A stretch of DNA of 64,000 bases from assembly GCA_023954355.1 (NCBI GenBank), contig JAMLID010000003.1, forward strand, positions 21,270 through 85,269, written 5' to 3'. The stretch's first letter is position 1. Each line of letters begins with the position of its first letter. Source of the stretch: Oligoflexia bacterium. Its GTDB lineage: Bacteria; Bdellovibrionota; UBA1018; CAIPTA01. Positions 30,226-40,026 of the stretch are shown piece by piece. The notes below the pieces were generated by a model, which was not told where the DNA came from, made no database searches, and saw only the letters and a program-made list of their open reading frames with translations. The translations under genes and the position numbers were made by a program.

Positions 30226-30406
30226 TAAGTTTATCTTCCTGATTTTTCTAGCCTTCTTATTTTGAGGTACAAAAGCCTATAAAAAAGACCAAGCATTTCA
30301 ATAGGTAAAAAAAGAGATTGTCTCTAAAGAGAGACGGTATAAGAAGAGTCATTTGCCGCATCACTTAGCTACATATTTAGTTAGCTGTAACCTTTGTTTG
30401 GTATTT

Positions 30407-32668
30407 TTAAAATGGTGGGCCAATCATGAATTGAAACTGGCTTCCCTTGCTCTTATCTTCTTCACGACCAATAGGATAACCCCATTCAAAGCGCAATGGA
30501 CCAAGAGGAGAAAACCAACGGAATCCCCATCCCCAATCTTGCCGAACTTTCACTCTATTGAATTTATTGAAAGCGTCTCCAAGATCATAAAAGAGTACAA
30601 ACTTTAAACCCACATCTTTAACTAAAGGATACTCTAACTCAGCCATATAAAAGAATTGGTGAAGACCACCTGTAAGTATCGAGCTGCCTTGAAAGATTGT
30701 TGTTGGTCCAACACTGAAAGATGAATAACCTCTCAAATTATTCGGGCCACCAAGATAAAATCTCTCTGCACTCTGAACATCAACTTTTTTATAATCCCAA
30801 AGAGTGCCCCCCTCTAGCTTTGTTCTAAAAGTAAGATCACCCCAAATTTTTCGATAAAACCTCATATCTAAAACAGTACGAAGAAACTTTCTGTTTCCAC
30901 CCAGACCAGCAAACTCTTCTGAAAGTGCTAGGTAGTGACCATCGGTGGTTTCCATTCTATTATTACGCTTATCTTCTGCTGCCGTAACTGTGATGGCAGA
31001 CTTAGTGCCTTCTTCAAAACTTTTTCTTGATCTAACATAAGGGTCTTCTAGGTCTGGCAATCGCAAACTCTCTAATTGGTAGCCAACCCACAGGCGAGAA
31101 TAATCCCCAATTGGATGACCTAAGTTAATACCAAAGCCTCTTCTAAACTCAACATATCTCCCTGGGTAATCTGTTTTACTATGGGTAAAAGATCCCCCCA
31201 TACTCCATAAAGTATCGAAAGCGTAAGGATCAGTAAAAGAGGTAGAGTATGCTCTATTCTTTTTATCCGCAGAGATTTGCGTTTGAAAACGTAAATCTTG
31301 ACCGCGCCCCATAAAATTCGATTCCGAAACTTGTGCGGTAAAAAAGAATTTCGTTGTAGTTGCATAGCCTGCACCCAACTGAAATTGACCGGTTGGTCTT
31401 TCTTTAACATTAATGATCACATCTAATAAATCAGGTCGCCCCATTGGTGACTTAGTTTGAAACTCTACAGATTCAGGTTCAAAGAAACCGAGCCTCTCTA
31501 CGTTCTCTTTAGAAATTCTCATCCCAGAACCCGAATAAAGCTCTCCTTCACGAATTTTTAATTCTCGACGAATCACCTTATCTCTAGTCTTTGAATTTCC
31601 TTTAATGGTAATTCTTCCGAAATTTACCAAAGAACCTTTTTCAAATTCATAATTTGTAGTTACCAATAACTTTTTATCATCTAACTGAATGTCAGGAACA
31701 ACGTTAACGTTTGCATACCCAAGATCTTGGTATTTTTCTGTTAGCGAAATAATATCCGCATTACGTTTAGAAATAGAAAATACTTCTCCGGTTTTTAACG
31801 TTAATGCGTCGTGAAGCTCTTCTTTGGGAAACAGTAAGTCTCCTCCAAAATCAATTTCACCCATTTTATACTGAGGTCCTTCATCGACCTTAATCGTAAT
31901 AAATACCCATTTTTTATCTTCACTAACAGTAACAATTGGTGGCTCATACCTAAACTTCACATATCCTTCGTTTAGGTACCAATACTGCAAGTACTGAAGA
32001 TCTGTTTTAAAATCTAATTCTTTGAAATTACCACTGCCGGTTGCCCAAGAGAAAAATCCACCCTCAGAGGTATTGCGTAAAATCCTCTTTAGCTGGTCAT
32101 CAGAAAAAGCCTGGTTTCCTAAAAAAGTAACTTTTCTAATTTTTACTTTGTCGTATTCGCGAACTCGAAACAATACTTCTACCATTTCGCCGTCTTTGGC
32201 AGGTCTAGTAGAGTACGTAACCTTTGCTAGATAGAAACCCTTATCTTCATAGTGTTTAGAAAGTTTACGAACAGACTCTCGAGCCAGGTTCTCGTCAAAG
32301 ATATCGTAAGTCTTGATTGCTAAAACATTTTTTAAATCATCCGTAGAAATTTCTTCGTTTCCAAAAAAAACGATTCGATAAATTGCTGGTCGCTCTTTTA
32401 CCGTAAAGCTCAAAGTACCGTTTTGAAAGTTAGCATCGATACCATTAAAGTATCCCATCTTCTGAATGGCTCGAATATCTGCTGCCACTTTTCGCTCATC
32501 TAATTCTGTACCTGACTTTGATTGAATCTTCTCTAGAATTGCTTCTTTTTCGATCTTCTTATTACCAACTATATTAACAGCTTGAATTTTTTCAGCAGCA
32601 TAGAGGTTGGTAGAAAGACCAAGCAATAGAGAAAGAGATAAGTATAGAATAGAATTCGGTAATTTCAT
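30407..32668 (-). CDS. bamA: Outer membrane protein assembly factor BamA
   Basis: POTRA repeats (GNSKTRDKVIRRE), NLRGY, RWFSPLGPLRFEWGYP, terminal F. Confidence 0.97.
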   Translation of the reverse strand: MKLPNSILYLSLSLLLGLSTNLYAAEKIQAVNIVGNKKIEKEAILEKIQSKSGTELDERKVAADIRAIQKMGYFNGIDANFQNGTLSFTVKERPAIYRIVFFGNEEISTDDLKNVLAIKTYDIFDENLARESVRKLSKHYEDKGFYLAKVTYSTRPAKDGEMVEVLFRVREYDKVKIRKVTFLGNQAFSDDQLKRILRNTSEGGFFSWATGSGNFKELDFKTDLQYLQYWYLNEGYVKFRYEPPIVTVSEDKKWVFITIKVDEGPQYKMGEIDFGGDLLFPKEELHDALTLKTGEVFSISKRNADIISLTEKYQDLGYANVNVVPDIQLDDKKLLVTTNYEFEKGSLVNFGRITIKGNSKTRDKVIRRELKIREGELYSGSGMRISKENVERLGFFEPESVEFQTKSPMGRPDLLDVIINVKERPTGQFQLGAGYATTTKFFFTAQVSESNFMGRGQDLRFQTQISADKKNRAYSTSFTDPYAFDTLWSMGGSFTHSKTDYPGRYVEFRRGFGINLGHPIGDYSRLWVGYQLESLRLPDLEDPYVRSRKSFEEGTKSAITVTAAEDKRNNRMETTDGHYLALSEEFAGLGGNRKFLRTVLDMRFYRKIWGDLTFRTKLEGGTLWDYKKVDVQSAERFYLGGPNNLRGYSSFSVGPTTIFQGSSILTGGLHQFFYMAELEYPLVKDVGLKFVLFYDLGDAFNKFNRVKVRQDWGWGFRWFSPLGPLRFEWGYPIGREEDKSKGSQFQFMIGPPF

Positions 32669-32794
32669 CGTCGTTATAGAAGCTCTCCGCTCTTACTTAT
32701 CTCGAAACTGGAACATGCGCACTAATTGATTCGTACCTAGTAGCGACTGAGCTTGTCAATTGAAACAAATAACGCGAGGTATTTATTTTGTTAT

Positions 32795-33484
32795 TCATAA
32801 CGCACTATCCAAAACAATCTGCCCATCCTTCATCACCACTTTGCGCGTCATATCTTTAGCCATCTCTTCATCATGAGTAACAAAAAGCACGCTCACGCCC
32901 TTGTGCGCACTTAAATGCAAAAATAAATCTTTCACCATATGAGCATTTGCACTGTCTAAGTTTCCCGTAGGTTCATCTGCCAATAAAAGCCTAGGATTCA
33001 TAACCATAGCCCTAGCCAAAGCCACTCTCTGCTGCTCTCCACCCGATAATTCTGCGGGGCGATGATGCAAGCGATCTTTTAATCCCACTTCTACCAAAAG
33101 CTGTTCTGCTCTTTTTCTAAACTCATCTTTGGACGCACCTGCAATTAGCGCGGGCATGAGCACATTTTCTAAAGCAGTAAATTCTTGTAGTAGATAATGA
33201 AACTGAAACACAAAGCCAATTTCACGATTTCTGAAATTAGCCAGCTTCTCTCCTCGAAACTGAGAAAGATTTTTTCCCATAAAGTGAATCGATCCACTCG
33301 TGGGTGGCTCTAAAGTACCCAAAACATGAAGTAAAGTAGATTTACCAGCACCTGATGATCCAAGAAGCGCAACGGTTTCGCCAACACCTACAGAAAAATT
33401 TACTCCTTTAAGCACATCAACGGTTACGCCATTTTTTTCAAAACTTTTAGAAAGCTCTTTACACTCAAGCAAAGCACTACTCAT
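32795..33484 (-). CDS. lolD: Lipoprotein-releasing ABC transporter ATP-binding protein
   Basis: GSSGAGKST, FVFQFHYLL, LSGGEQQRVA, LADEPTGNLD; ATG 33484. Confidence 0.92.
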   Translation of the reverse strand: MSSALLECKELSKSFEKNGVTVDVLKGVNFSVGVGETVALLGSSGAGKSTLLHVLGTLEPPTSGSIHFMGKNLSQFRGEKLANFRNREIGFVFQFHYLLQEFTALENVLMPALIAGASKDEFRKRAEQLLVEVGLKDRLHHRPAELSGGEQQRVALARAMVMNPRLLLADEPTGNLDSANAHMVKDLFLHLSAHKGVSVLFVTHDEEMAKDMTRKVVMKDGQIVLDSAL

Positions 33485-34703
33485 ATCGTAACCCTTCGAC
33501 CGGCGACTCAGATGCAATTGAGTATGCTGGGTATAAGGTTGCTAAAAACGCAACAACTAAGGCACATACTCCAATCAAACCTAAAGTTGATAATTCAACA
33601 CTTACAGGTAGAAAGGAAATAAAGTACACATCTGCAGGAAGCTTAATGAGTTGCGTATTTGCAAGAAAAAAACAGATTCCTAAACCTAAACAAATCCCTG
33701 CTACAACGCCTGCTAACCCAATCAATAAGCCCACAGAGATAAATACATATGAGCTTTTTTTACTCGATAAGCCCATCGCCTTCAAGATAGACATTTCTCT
33801 TTTTTTCTCGCTCATCATCATCATTAACGTACTCATAATATTAAAAGCAGCAACTAAAACAATCGCTGTTAGTATGACAAAAATCACCGTTTTTTGTAAC
33901 TGAATCGCATAGAAAAGATTGCGATTTAGCTCAGTCCAGTCTCTTGCTCTATAGGGATACCCTAGCTCTTTTTGCAACTCTAAAACTAACTGTTTCGATT
34001 TAGATGGATCATTCGTCTTAATCTTCACAGCAGATGCCGCTGTTTTAGGAAACTGAAAAAACTCCCGAAGAGTATCAATATGCACCATGGAGTATTTAGA
34101 GTCATACTCATACATGCCCGTACTCAAAAGGCCGCTTACAAAAAACTTTTTCGCACGTGGTTGTAATGAGTTTTTTTCAAAATAGGGAGAAATGACTGTA
34201 ACTGTGTCACCAATTTTAGCACTGAGAGATTCTGCCAAATTCACTCCAAGAATAATCGTAGGCAATTCTGCATTTTCTTCTGTTCTGGGCAATTTTCCTT
34301 GAATTAAGTGTTTTTCAATCTCTGTTACTTTCACCACAGTTGCTGGGTCTACTCCTTCAAGCATAGACCCCACTACTCTTGCCTTGTTCGCAAGCATAAT
34401 TTCACTAAAAACATATGGGCTAATCGACTCTACTCTGCCCTTTGCCACTGTTTCTATACGTTCTTTCAAATCGTTTTCATCTCGTATCAATTGCTTAGAC
34501 GAATAAAGAACTATATGCGAATGCGCTCCTGTAATGATTTGGCGCAAACTAGATTCGAAGCCTTCCATTACTCCCATAACAGTTGTCAAAGCAGCAACGC
34601 CGACACCGACACCAAATAAAGAAATCAAAGCGATAAAAGAAAGAAAATTATTTTTCTTTTTTCCCAATAAAAATCTTTTCGCCAAATGCGGCACTATCGA
34701 CAT
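33477..34703 (-). CDS. Lipoprotein-releasing ABC transporter permease LolC/E
   Basis: GVGVAALTTVMGVMEGFE, TGMYEYD, VAAFNIMSTL, ATLYPA..P.EGLRYE. Confidence 0.92.
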   Translation of the reverse strand: MSIVPHLAKRFLLGKKKNNFLSFIALISLFGVGVGVAALTTVMGVMEGFESSLRQIITGAHSHIVLYSSKQLIRDENDLKERIETVAKGRVESISPYVFSEIMLANKARVVGSMLEGVDPATVVKVTEIEKHLIQGKLPRTEENAELPTIILGVNLAESLSAKIGDTVTVISPYFEKNSLQPRAKKFFVSGLLSTGMYEYDSKYSMVHIDTLREFFQFPKTAASAVKIKTNDPSKSKQLVLELQKELGYPYRARDWTELNRNLFYAIQLQKTVIFVILTAIVLVAAFNIMSTLMMMMSEKKREMSILKAMGLSSKKSSYVFISVGLLIGLAGVVAGICLGLGICFFLANTQLIKLPADVYFISFLPVSVELSTLGLIGVCALVVAFLATLYPAYSIASESPVEGLRYE

Positions 34704-34712
34704 AATGAACGA

Positions 34713-36218
34713 CTAACTTTCGGGCCGTAATTGAGGAAACAAAATCACATCTCGAATTGACGCTTGGTCTGTTAGAAACATCACCAAGCGATCAATTCCG
34801 ATCCCTTGTCCCGCGGCAGGAGGCATTCCATACTCTAATGCTTTGAGAAAATCTTCATCAACTTCACAAGCCTCGTCATCTCCCTGCGCTTTATTTTTCG
34901 CCTGCGATTCGAAACGTTCACGCTGGTCAATAGGATCATTAAGTTCTGAAAATGCATTAGCTAGTTCACGTCCAAAAACGAAGAGCTCGAAGCGGTCAGT
35001 GACTTCTGGATTTTTCTCATTTCTTCTCGCTAAAAAAGAAACTTCTGCTGGATAATCAGTAATAAAGGTAGGTTGAATTAGCTTCTTCTCAACCGCCGTT
35101 TCAAATAAATGCGTAAGGTATGCTCCATGACCCCAATGAGGTTTCCAATTCTTTTTATAGTCTCCTGCTTTTAGCAAAGCCGCCTGAACGCCCTCTATTG
35201 TAGATAAAGCCTTATCCGTAATTAAATCTGCATCTAGGCCTGATAGCTTTTGAATGCTTTCTTTTACTGAATATCGCTTCCACGGCTTAGCAAAAGAAAT
35301 CTTTTCTCCTTGATAGGTAATCTCATTCGAGCCAGTTACCTCTTTCGCTAAACCTTCAATCATATCTTCTGTTAACGCGATCAAATCTTCAAAAGTCGCA
35401 TACGCCCAGTAGAACTCTAACATGGTGAACTCTGGATTGTGTCGAATGGAAATCCCTTCGTTACGAAAGTTTCTGTTAATTTCAAAAACTTTTTCCATTC
35501 CACCAACAAGAAGCCTTTTTAAATAAAGCTCTGGAGCAATTCTCAAGAATAGCTGCATATCTAAAGTATTATGATGAGTAGTAAATGGACGAGCTGCCGC
35601 GCCCCCAGCAATCGGGTGCATCATAGGAGTCTCAACTTCGAAGAAATCTCTCTTACTTAAATATTCTCGAATATATTGGATAACCTTACTGCGCACTTTA
35701 AACACATCACGAACTTCATCGTTCATAATCAAATCAACATAGCGCATACGATACTTCTGCTCTACATCTGTCAATCCGTGAAACTTTTCAGGTAGCGGTC
35801 GCAATGATTTTGTTAAAAGAGAAATTTTATCTGCATGAACAGATAGTTCATTTGTTTTTGTGCGAAACAAATGTCCTTCGACAAAAACAATATCTCCCAC
35901 ATCGAATGTTTTAAAAATAGCAAAAGAATCTGCCCCAATTGCGTCTATGGCGACATAGGACTGTAGCTTACCTTCTCGATCCTTAATTTGTACAAAGGCT
36001 GCCTTACCAAAGTGACGAAATGCCATAATTCGCCCTGCATAAGTCACAGAAATTTTTTCAGCCTCTAATTGCTCTTTTGTGTATTCACCCCATTTTTCTC
36101 TGATCTCGCGAATGGAGTTCTTTGGCATCAAACCATTACGATAGGGATTAACAGACTGCTCTCGATAAAAATTAAGTTTTTCTCGTCTAGTTTTTTCTTC
36201 TTCAGATAGGTGATTCAT
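34713..36218 (-). CDS. lysS: Lysine--tRNA ligase (class II)
   Basis: PLPEKFHGL, GGAAARPFTTHHN, FRNEGI..HNPEF, YGMPP..G.GIGIDRL. Confidence 0.98.
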   Translation of the reverse strand: MNHLSEEEKTRREKLNFYREQSVNPYRNGLMPKNSIREIREKWGEYTKEQLEAEKISVTYAGRIMAFRHFGKAAFVQIKDREGKLQSYVAIDAIGADSFAIFKTFDVGDIVFVEGHLFRTKTNELSVHADKISLLTKSLRPLPEKFHGLTDVEQKYRMRYVDLIMNDEVRDVFKVRSKVIQYIREYLSKRDFFEVETPMMHPIAGGAAARPFTTHHNTLDMQLFLRIAPELYLKRLLVGGMEKVFEINRNFRNEGISIRHNPEFTMLEFYWAYATFEDLIALTEDMIEGLAKEVTGSNEITYQGEKISFAKPWKRYSVKESIQKLSGLDADLITDKALSTIEGVQAALLKAGDYKKNWKPHWGHGAYLTHLFETAVEKKLIQPTFITDYPAEVSFLARRNEKNPEVTDRFELFVFGRELANAFSELNDPIDQRERFESQAKNKAQGDDEACEVDEDFLKALEYGMPPAAGQGIGIDRLVMFLTDQASIRDVILFPQLRPES

Positions 36219-36314
36219 AATTTGATCATAGTAGCGAAATCAAACCAACGATTCCATAAAATTTCGAGCTTTCCCAAAAAATCGTTCTACAAAAGCCTAA
36301 AACTAGGCTGTGTT

Positions 36315-37757
36315 TTAAGATCGTGCCTGACTAAGTCTTGCAGATTCTTCTGGTGGATTCGGTCTCTCTTGCACCTTCTCTGCATCTAACTCTCTGAGAT
36401 ACTTATATGTATAAATTCCTGTGGTATGTTTATCTGTCCAAACCAAGTTCACTCCATAACGACCAACCGGCAGCGCTTTTTCTAAAGAAACATCTTGAGC
36501 TATAGAGTCAGGAGTAATTCTTCTTTTTCCAGAAAATTCATCAACACAAACCGCACAAGGACAATAAAAACGCAAATCTTTGGCATTATAAGTATACTTA
36601 AATCCGTCGCTCCAAAAAATAGCTAGTCGATGCGAAGACCCCTCTACTGCTGGCAGACTTTCTACCGCTAGAGGAACAACGTCTTGCTCAGAACCAACAC
36701 CCTGGGCTTCAACCTGAGAAATAATACTTGCAGCTGCCTGCAAATATGCCTTAGACGAAGCTGATTGTGGATCTTTTAATACGATGGGATACCCTTCATC
36801 ACAAGAGCGAACAAGAGCAGCATCAATAGGAACCTGCCCCAAAAGTGGAACATTATCTTCCTTAGATAAAGCTTTTGCTCCACCCTCTCCAAAGATAGCA
36901 CTCATAGAACCACAGTCACCACAAGCAAAACCACTCATAGTTTCTAAAACTCCTAAAATAGGAACACCGACATGCTTAAACATAAGCAGACCTTTTCGCG
37001 CAATTTCTACTGCAACTTTTTGTGGTGTTGTTACAACAATCGCTCCCGATATATTAGATTGCTGCGAAAGCGTTAACTGAATATCGCCAGTGCCTGGAGG
37101 CAGATCGATGATTAAAAAATCAAGCTCTCCCCACTCTACACCTAAAAGAAACTGTTGAATCATTTTCGTCGCCATAGGAGCACGCCATACTGTTGGCTGA
37201 TCTCTTTCGATCATAAAACCCATAGAAATCGTTTTTACTCCCTCAACATCTAAAGGAATTAATAAATTTTCTTTTACTTCAGGCTTTGCGTCTAAAGAAA
37301 GAAATTTACTCAACATCGTTGCTTGCGATGGTCCGTAAATATCTGCATCTAAAAGACCAACAGAGTATCCTAATTTTTTTAAAGCAAAAGCTAAGTTCAC
37401 AGACGAGGTGCTTTTTCCTACTCCACCTTTACCCGAACCAACAACAATCACATGGTTCACGCCAGGAACCGCCTGTTGTCCATGAACAACTCGTGGACGA
37501 GGCTTAAGTGTTGCGTTTACAAAAACCGCCAAAACACCCTCTATATTTTTCACTGCGTCCACGGCTTTTCTTTTAATCTCATCTTTGTGGTCTTGCGCAT
37601 GTGATGGAATATAGAGATCAAAACTCACTTTTCCCGCTTGCACTTTGATATTTGCAACCAGCCCTAATGAGACAAAGTCTTTCCCACTTCCAGGGTCTGT
37701 AATAACGCGAAGAGCGTCTAGAATTTGTGCAGTTCCAAGCGATTTTGATGTGGCCAT
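36315..37757 (-). CDS. Mrp/ApbC Fe-S carrier ATPase with DUF59 and C-terminal DUF971 (HCF101-like)
   Basis: SGKGGVGKST, DADIYGPS, DLPPGTGD, CGDCG; C-terminal LR..CPCAVC..VGRYG..WTDKHTTGIY. Confidence 0.9.
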   Translation of the reverse strand: MATSKSLGTAQILDALRVITDPGSGKDFVSLGLVANIKVQAGKVSFDLYIPSHAQDHKDEIKRKAVDAVKNIEGVLAVFVNATLKPRPRVVHGQQAVPGVNHVIVVGSGKGGVGKSTSSVNLAFALKKLGYSVGLLDADIYGPSQATMLSKFLSLDAKPEVKENLLIPLDVEGVKTISMGFMIERDQPTVWRAPMATKMIQQFLLGVEWGELDFLIIDLPPGTGDIQLTLSQQSNISGAIVVTTPQKVAVEIARKGLLMFKHVGVPILGVLETMSGFACGDCGSMSAIFGEGGAKALSKEDNVPLLGQVPIDAALVRSCDEGYPIVLKDPQSASSKAYLQAAASIISQVEAQGVGSEQDVVPLAVESLPAVEGSSHRLAIFWSDGFKYTYNAKDLRFYCPCAVCVDEFSGKRRITPDSIAQDVSLEKALPVGRYGVNLVWTDKHTTGIYTYKYLRELDAEKVQERPNPPEESARLSQARS

Positions 37758-37923
37758 TTTATGTGCTCCTTAGGGTTTCACTACCAAAAAAGAACACTTT
37801 CTGCGAAGAAATTATAGTTAACCTCTAGTTTTTATACGCCGCAGTAATTTCAAGTTCTTTTCTTGATTAGATTCGAGATTACGGCATAAATTAGTAACTC
37901 ATTGGCACTTAACAGGGAGTCAA

Positions 37924-38637
37924 TTGACTCATATGAATAAAACGAGAAAAAACAAAACCCTCTCGAAATCCAATACGAAACCTTTATCTGAGTGGATTCT
38001 TTTAGCGAATAATGGAGAGAAAAAAATCTCCTCATCTCTAGTAAGAAAATTGCGAGGCAAAAAAATCTTAGCGCTTGATGGATCTGCGAACTTACTTAAA
38101 AAAGTAAAAATTACTCCCGCTCTTCTGTTAGGTGATTTTGACTCAATAGAAAAAATAACATTAGATCACTTCAAAAAGAAAAAGACTCTTATTCATAAGA
38201 GAACAGACCAAAATAAAACAGATTTTGAAAAAGCTATTTTAGAACTTATTAAACTGAACGTTAAAAAGGCCACAGTTTTCATGGCAAGTGGGGGACGAAT
38301 CGACCACCAATGGCATCATTATATATTGGCTAAAAAATATCTCCATAAGCTTTTTCTTCAATTTGACTCTGAGATAGAAACCAGCTTTCTCATTAAAAAT
38401 AAAAAACTAATCTTGTCCGGAAAAAAGGGGCAAAGATGTAGCTTTCTTCCATTTTCTAAATGCCTAATCTCTTCTACAGGACTAAAATATGATATGAAAA
38501 AGCAAAGCTATAGTCTCTCTACCGACTCTAGCATTAGTAATCAAATACAGAGAGCAAGGGCGTATATCCACGTTAAGGGCCACGTACTTTGTGTGCTTGA
38601 AAAAGAATTGCCTTATTTTATAGAACCCCTAAAATAA
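37924..38637 (+). CDS. thiN: Thiamine diphosphokinase
   Basis: ALDGSAN, GDFDSI, DQNKTDFEKA, GGRIDH, GLKY, SISN. Confidence 0.88.
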   Translation: MTHMNKTRKNKTLSKSNTKPLSEWILLANNGEKKISSSLVRKLRGKKILALDGSANLLKKVKITPALLLGDFDSIEKITLDHFKKKKTLIHKRTDQNKTDFEKAILELIKLNVKKATVFMASGGRIDHQWHHYILAKKYLHKLFLQFDSEIETSFLIKNKKLILSGKKGQRCSFLPFSKCLISSTGLKYDMKKQSYSLSTDSSISNQIQRARAYIHVKGHVLCVLEKELPYFIEPLK

Positions 38638-38641
38638 ATAG

Positions 38642-39808
38642 ATGCGAAATAAAAAAACCTTCGCCCTAGGGCTTATGAGTGGAACAAGTGTTGATTCTAT
38701 TGATGCTAGCCTTATTCGAATCGGCGATAAACAAGACACATTCGTACTGCATACTGATTTTGCTTATCCAAAACTACTGAAGAGAGAATTACTAGACTTA
38801 ATCCACGCTCAAGAAGGTGATTTTTATTCGCTGGCAAAAGCACATTATGAAGTAGGAAAAACATTTGCTTTGGCTGCACAAAAAGCACTTAAGCGAGCAA
38901 GAGATAAAAAAATTCTTACAAAAAATGATCTCGTCATAATAGGCTCACATGGCCAGACGATTTTTCATGACCCAATAGAGAAAAGAACAACGCAAATCGG
39001 AGAACCTAGCTTTTTAACTCAGGATACTGGCTATACCACAGTAAGCGACTTTCGAACTGCAGACACTGTGGCCGGTGGTGACGGAGCTCCTCTATTGCCT
39101 CTCTATCATAGACGATTATTTTCTAAGCCGGGGCATGCAGTACATAATTTAGGAGGCATCTCAAATTTTACTTATATTGGTAATAAAGAAATATTTGCCT
39201 TAGATACAGGCCCAGCAAATTGCTTAATGGATCTTGCTCTTCAAGAATTACATGCTCACTCTAAGGCTTTTGATCGTGATGGAAAAATCGCTCGATCAGG
39301 TAGTATTCATCCACGTCTTTTAAACGAACTTATGAATGACCAAGAAATTCTTGCCTTTCGCAGAAAAAAAGCTCCCAAAAGCACTGGTAGAGAACTTTTC
39401 AGTAAAGACTTTTTAGTTCGTTCATTAAAACGCGTAGTTCAAGTAGACTTCGCCGACCTAATTAGAACGCTTGCTGAGTTTACTGTAGTTTTAGCAGTAG
39501 AGTCGTACCAAAAAGAAGTTTTGAAAAAAAATCGACCTCTAAAAGAAATTATTTTTACTGGTGGTGGATCAAAAAACTCTTTCCTGCTTGAGCTTTTTTC
39601 ACAAAAAATAAATGCTCGCATAAAAACAATGGAAGACTACGACCTAAACTCACAATCTATTGAATCACAAGCCTTCGCTTATTTTGCTTGGTGTTGCCTA
39701 AACTCAAAGCCGATTAGCCTTGCCTCAACAACTGGGGTAAAAAAAGAAATTGTTTGTGGGAAAATTTCTCCTGGAAAAAACTGGGAGCTCCTTCTGAAAT
39801 CGCTTTAA
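38642..39808 (+). CDS. anmK: Anhydro-N-acetylmuramic acid kinase
   Basis: GLMSGTSVD, GSHGQT, DFR..D..AGGDGAPL, NLGGISN, DTGPAN, KSTGRELF. Confidence 0.95.
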   Translation: MRNKKTFALGLMSGTSVDSIDASLIRIGDKQDTFVLHTDFAYPKLLKRELLDLIHAQEGDFYSLAKAHYEVGKTFALAAQKALKRARDKKILTKNDLVIIGSHGQTIFHDPIEKRTTQIGEPSFLTQDTGYTTVSDFRTADTVAGGDGAPLLPLYHRRLFSKPGHAVHNLGGISNFTYIGNKEIFALDTGPANCLMDLALQELHAHSKAFDRDGKIARSGSIHPRLLNELMNDQEILAFRRKKAPKSTGRELFSKDFLVRSLKRVVQVDFADLIRTLAEFTVVLAVESYQKEVLKKNRPLKEIIFTGGGSKNSFLLELFSQKINARIKTMEDYDLNSQSIESQAFAYFAWCCLNSKPISLASTTGVKKEIVCGKISPGKNWELLLKSL

Positions 39809-39999
39809 TGCCTACTCGATATTCTAGAACGTGCTTTCACTTACTGTATCTAAAACAACACACTGTGCATGTGCGCTATAGCATAGTAGACACGTCAAGA
39901 GAGGCTTTTCTCAACTTACTTTTATGAAGAAAAATCGTAAACCATTGAATTTATTTTATTTTTTTCATTTTTTGCCTTAAGTTAATTAATCAAGTATTA

Positions 40000-40015
40000 T
40001 GGTACATCAATTGCT
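40000..40015 (+). promoter_or_regulatory. Sigma54 promoter of lpxC
   Basis: TGGTACATCAATTGCT vs consensus TGGCAC-N5-TTGCW; AT-rich upstream region. Confidence 0.75.
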
Positions 40016-40026
40016 TCCATATAGGC

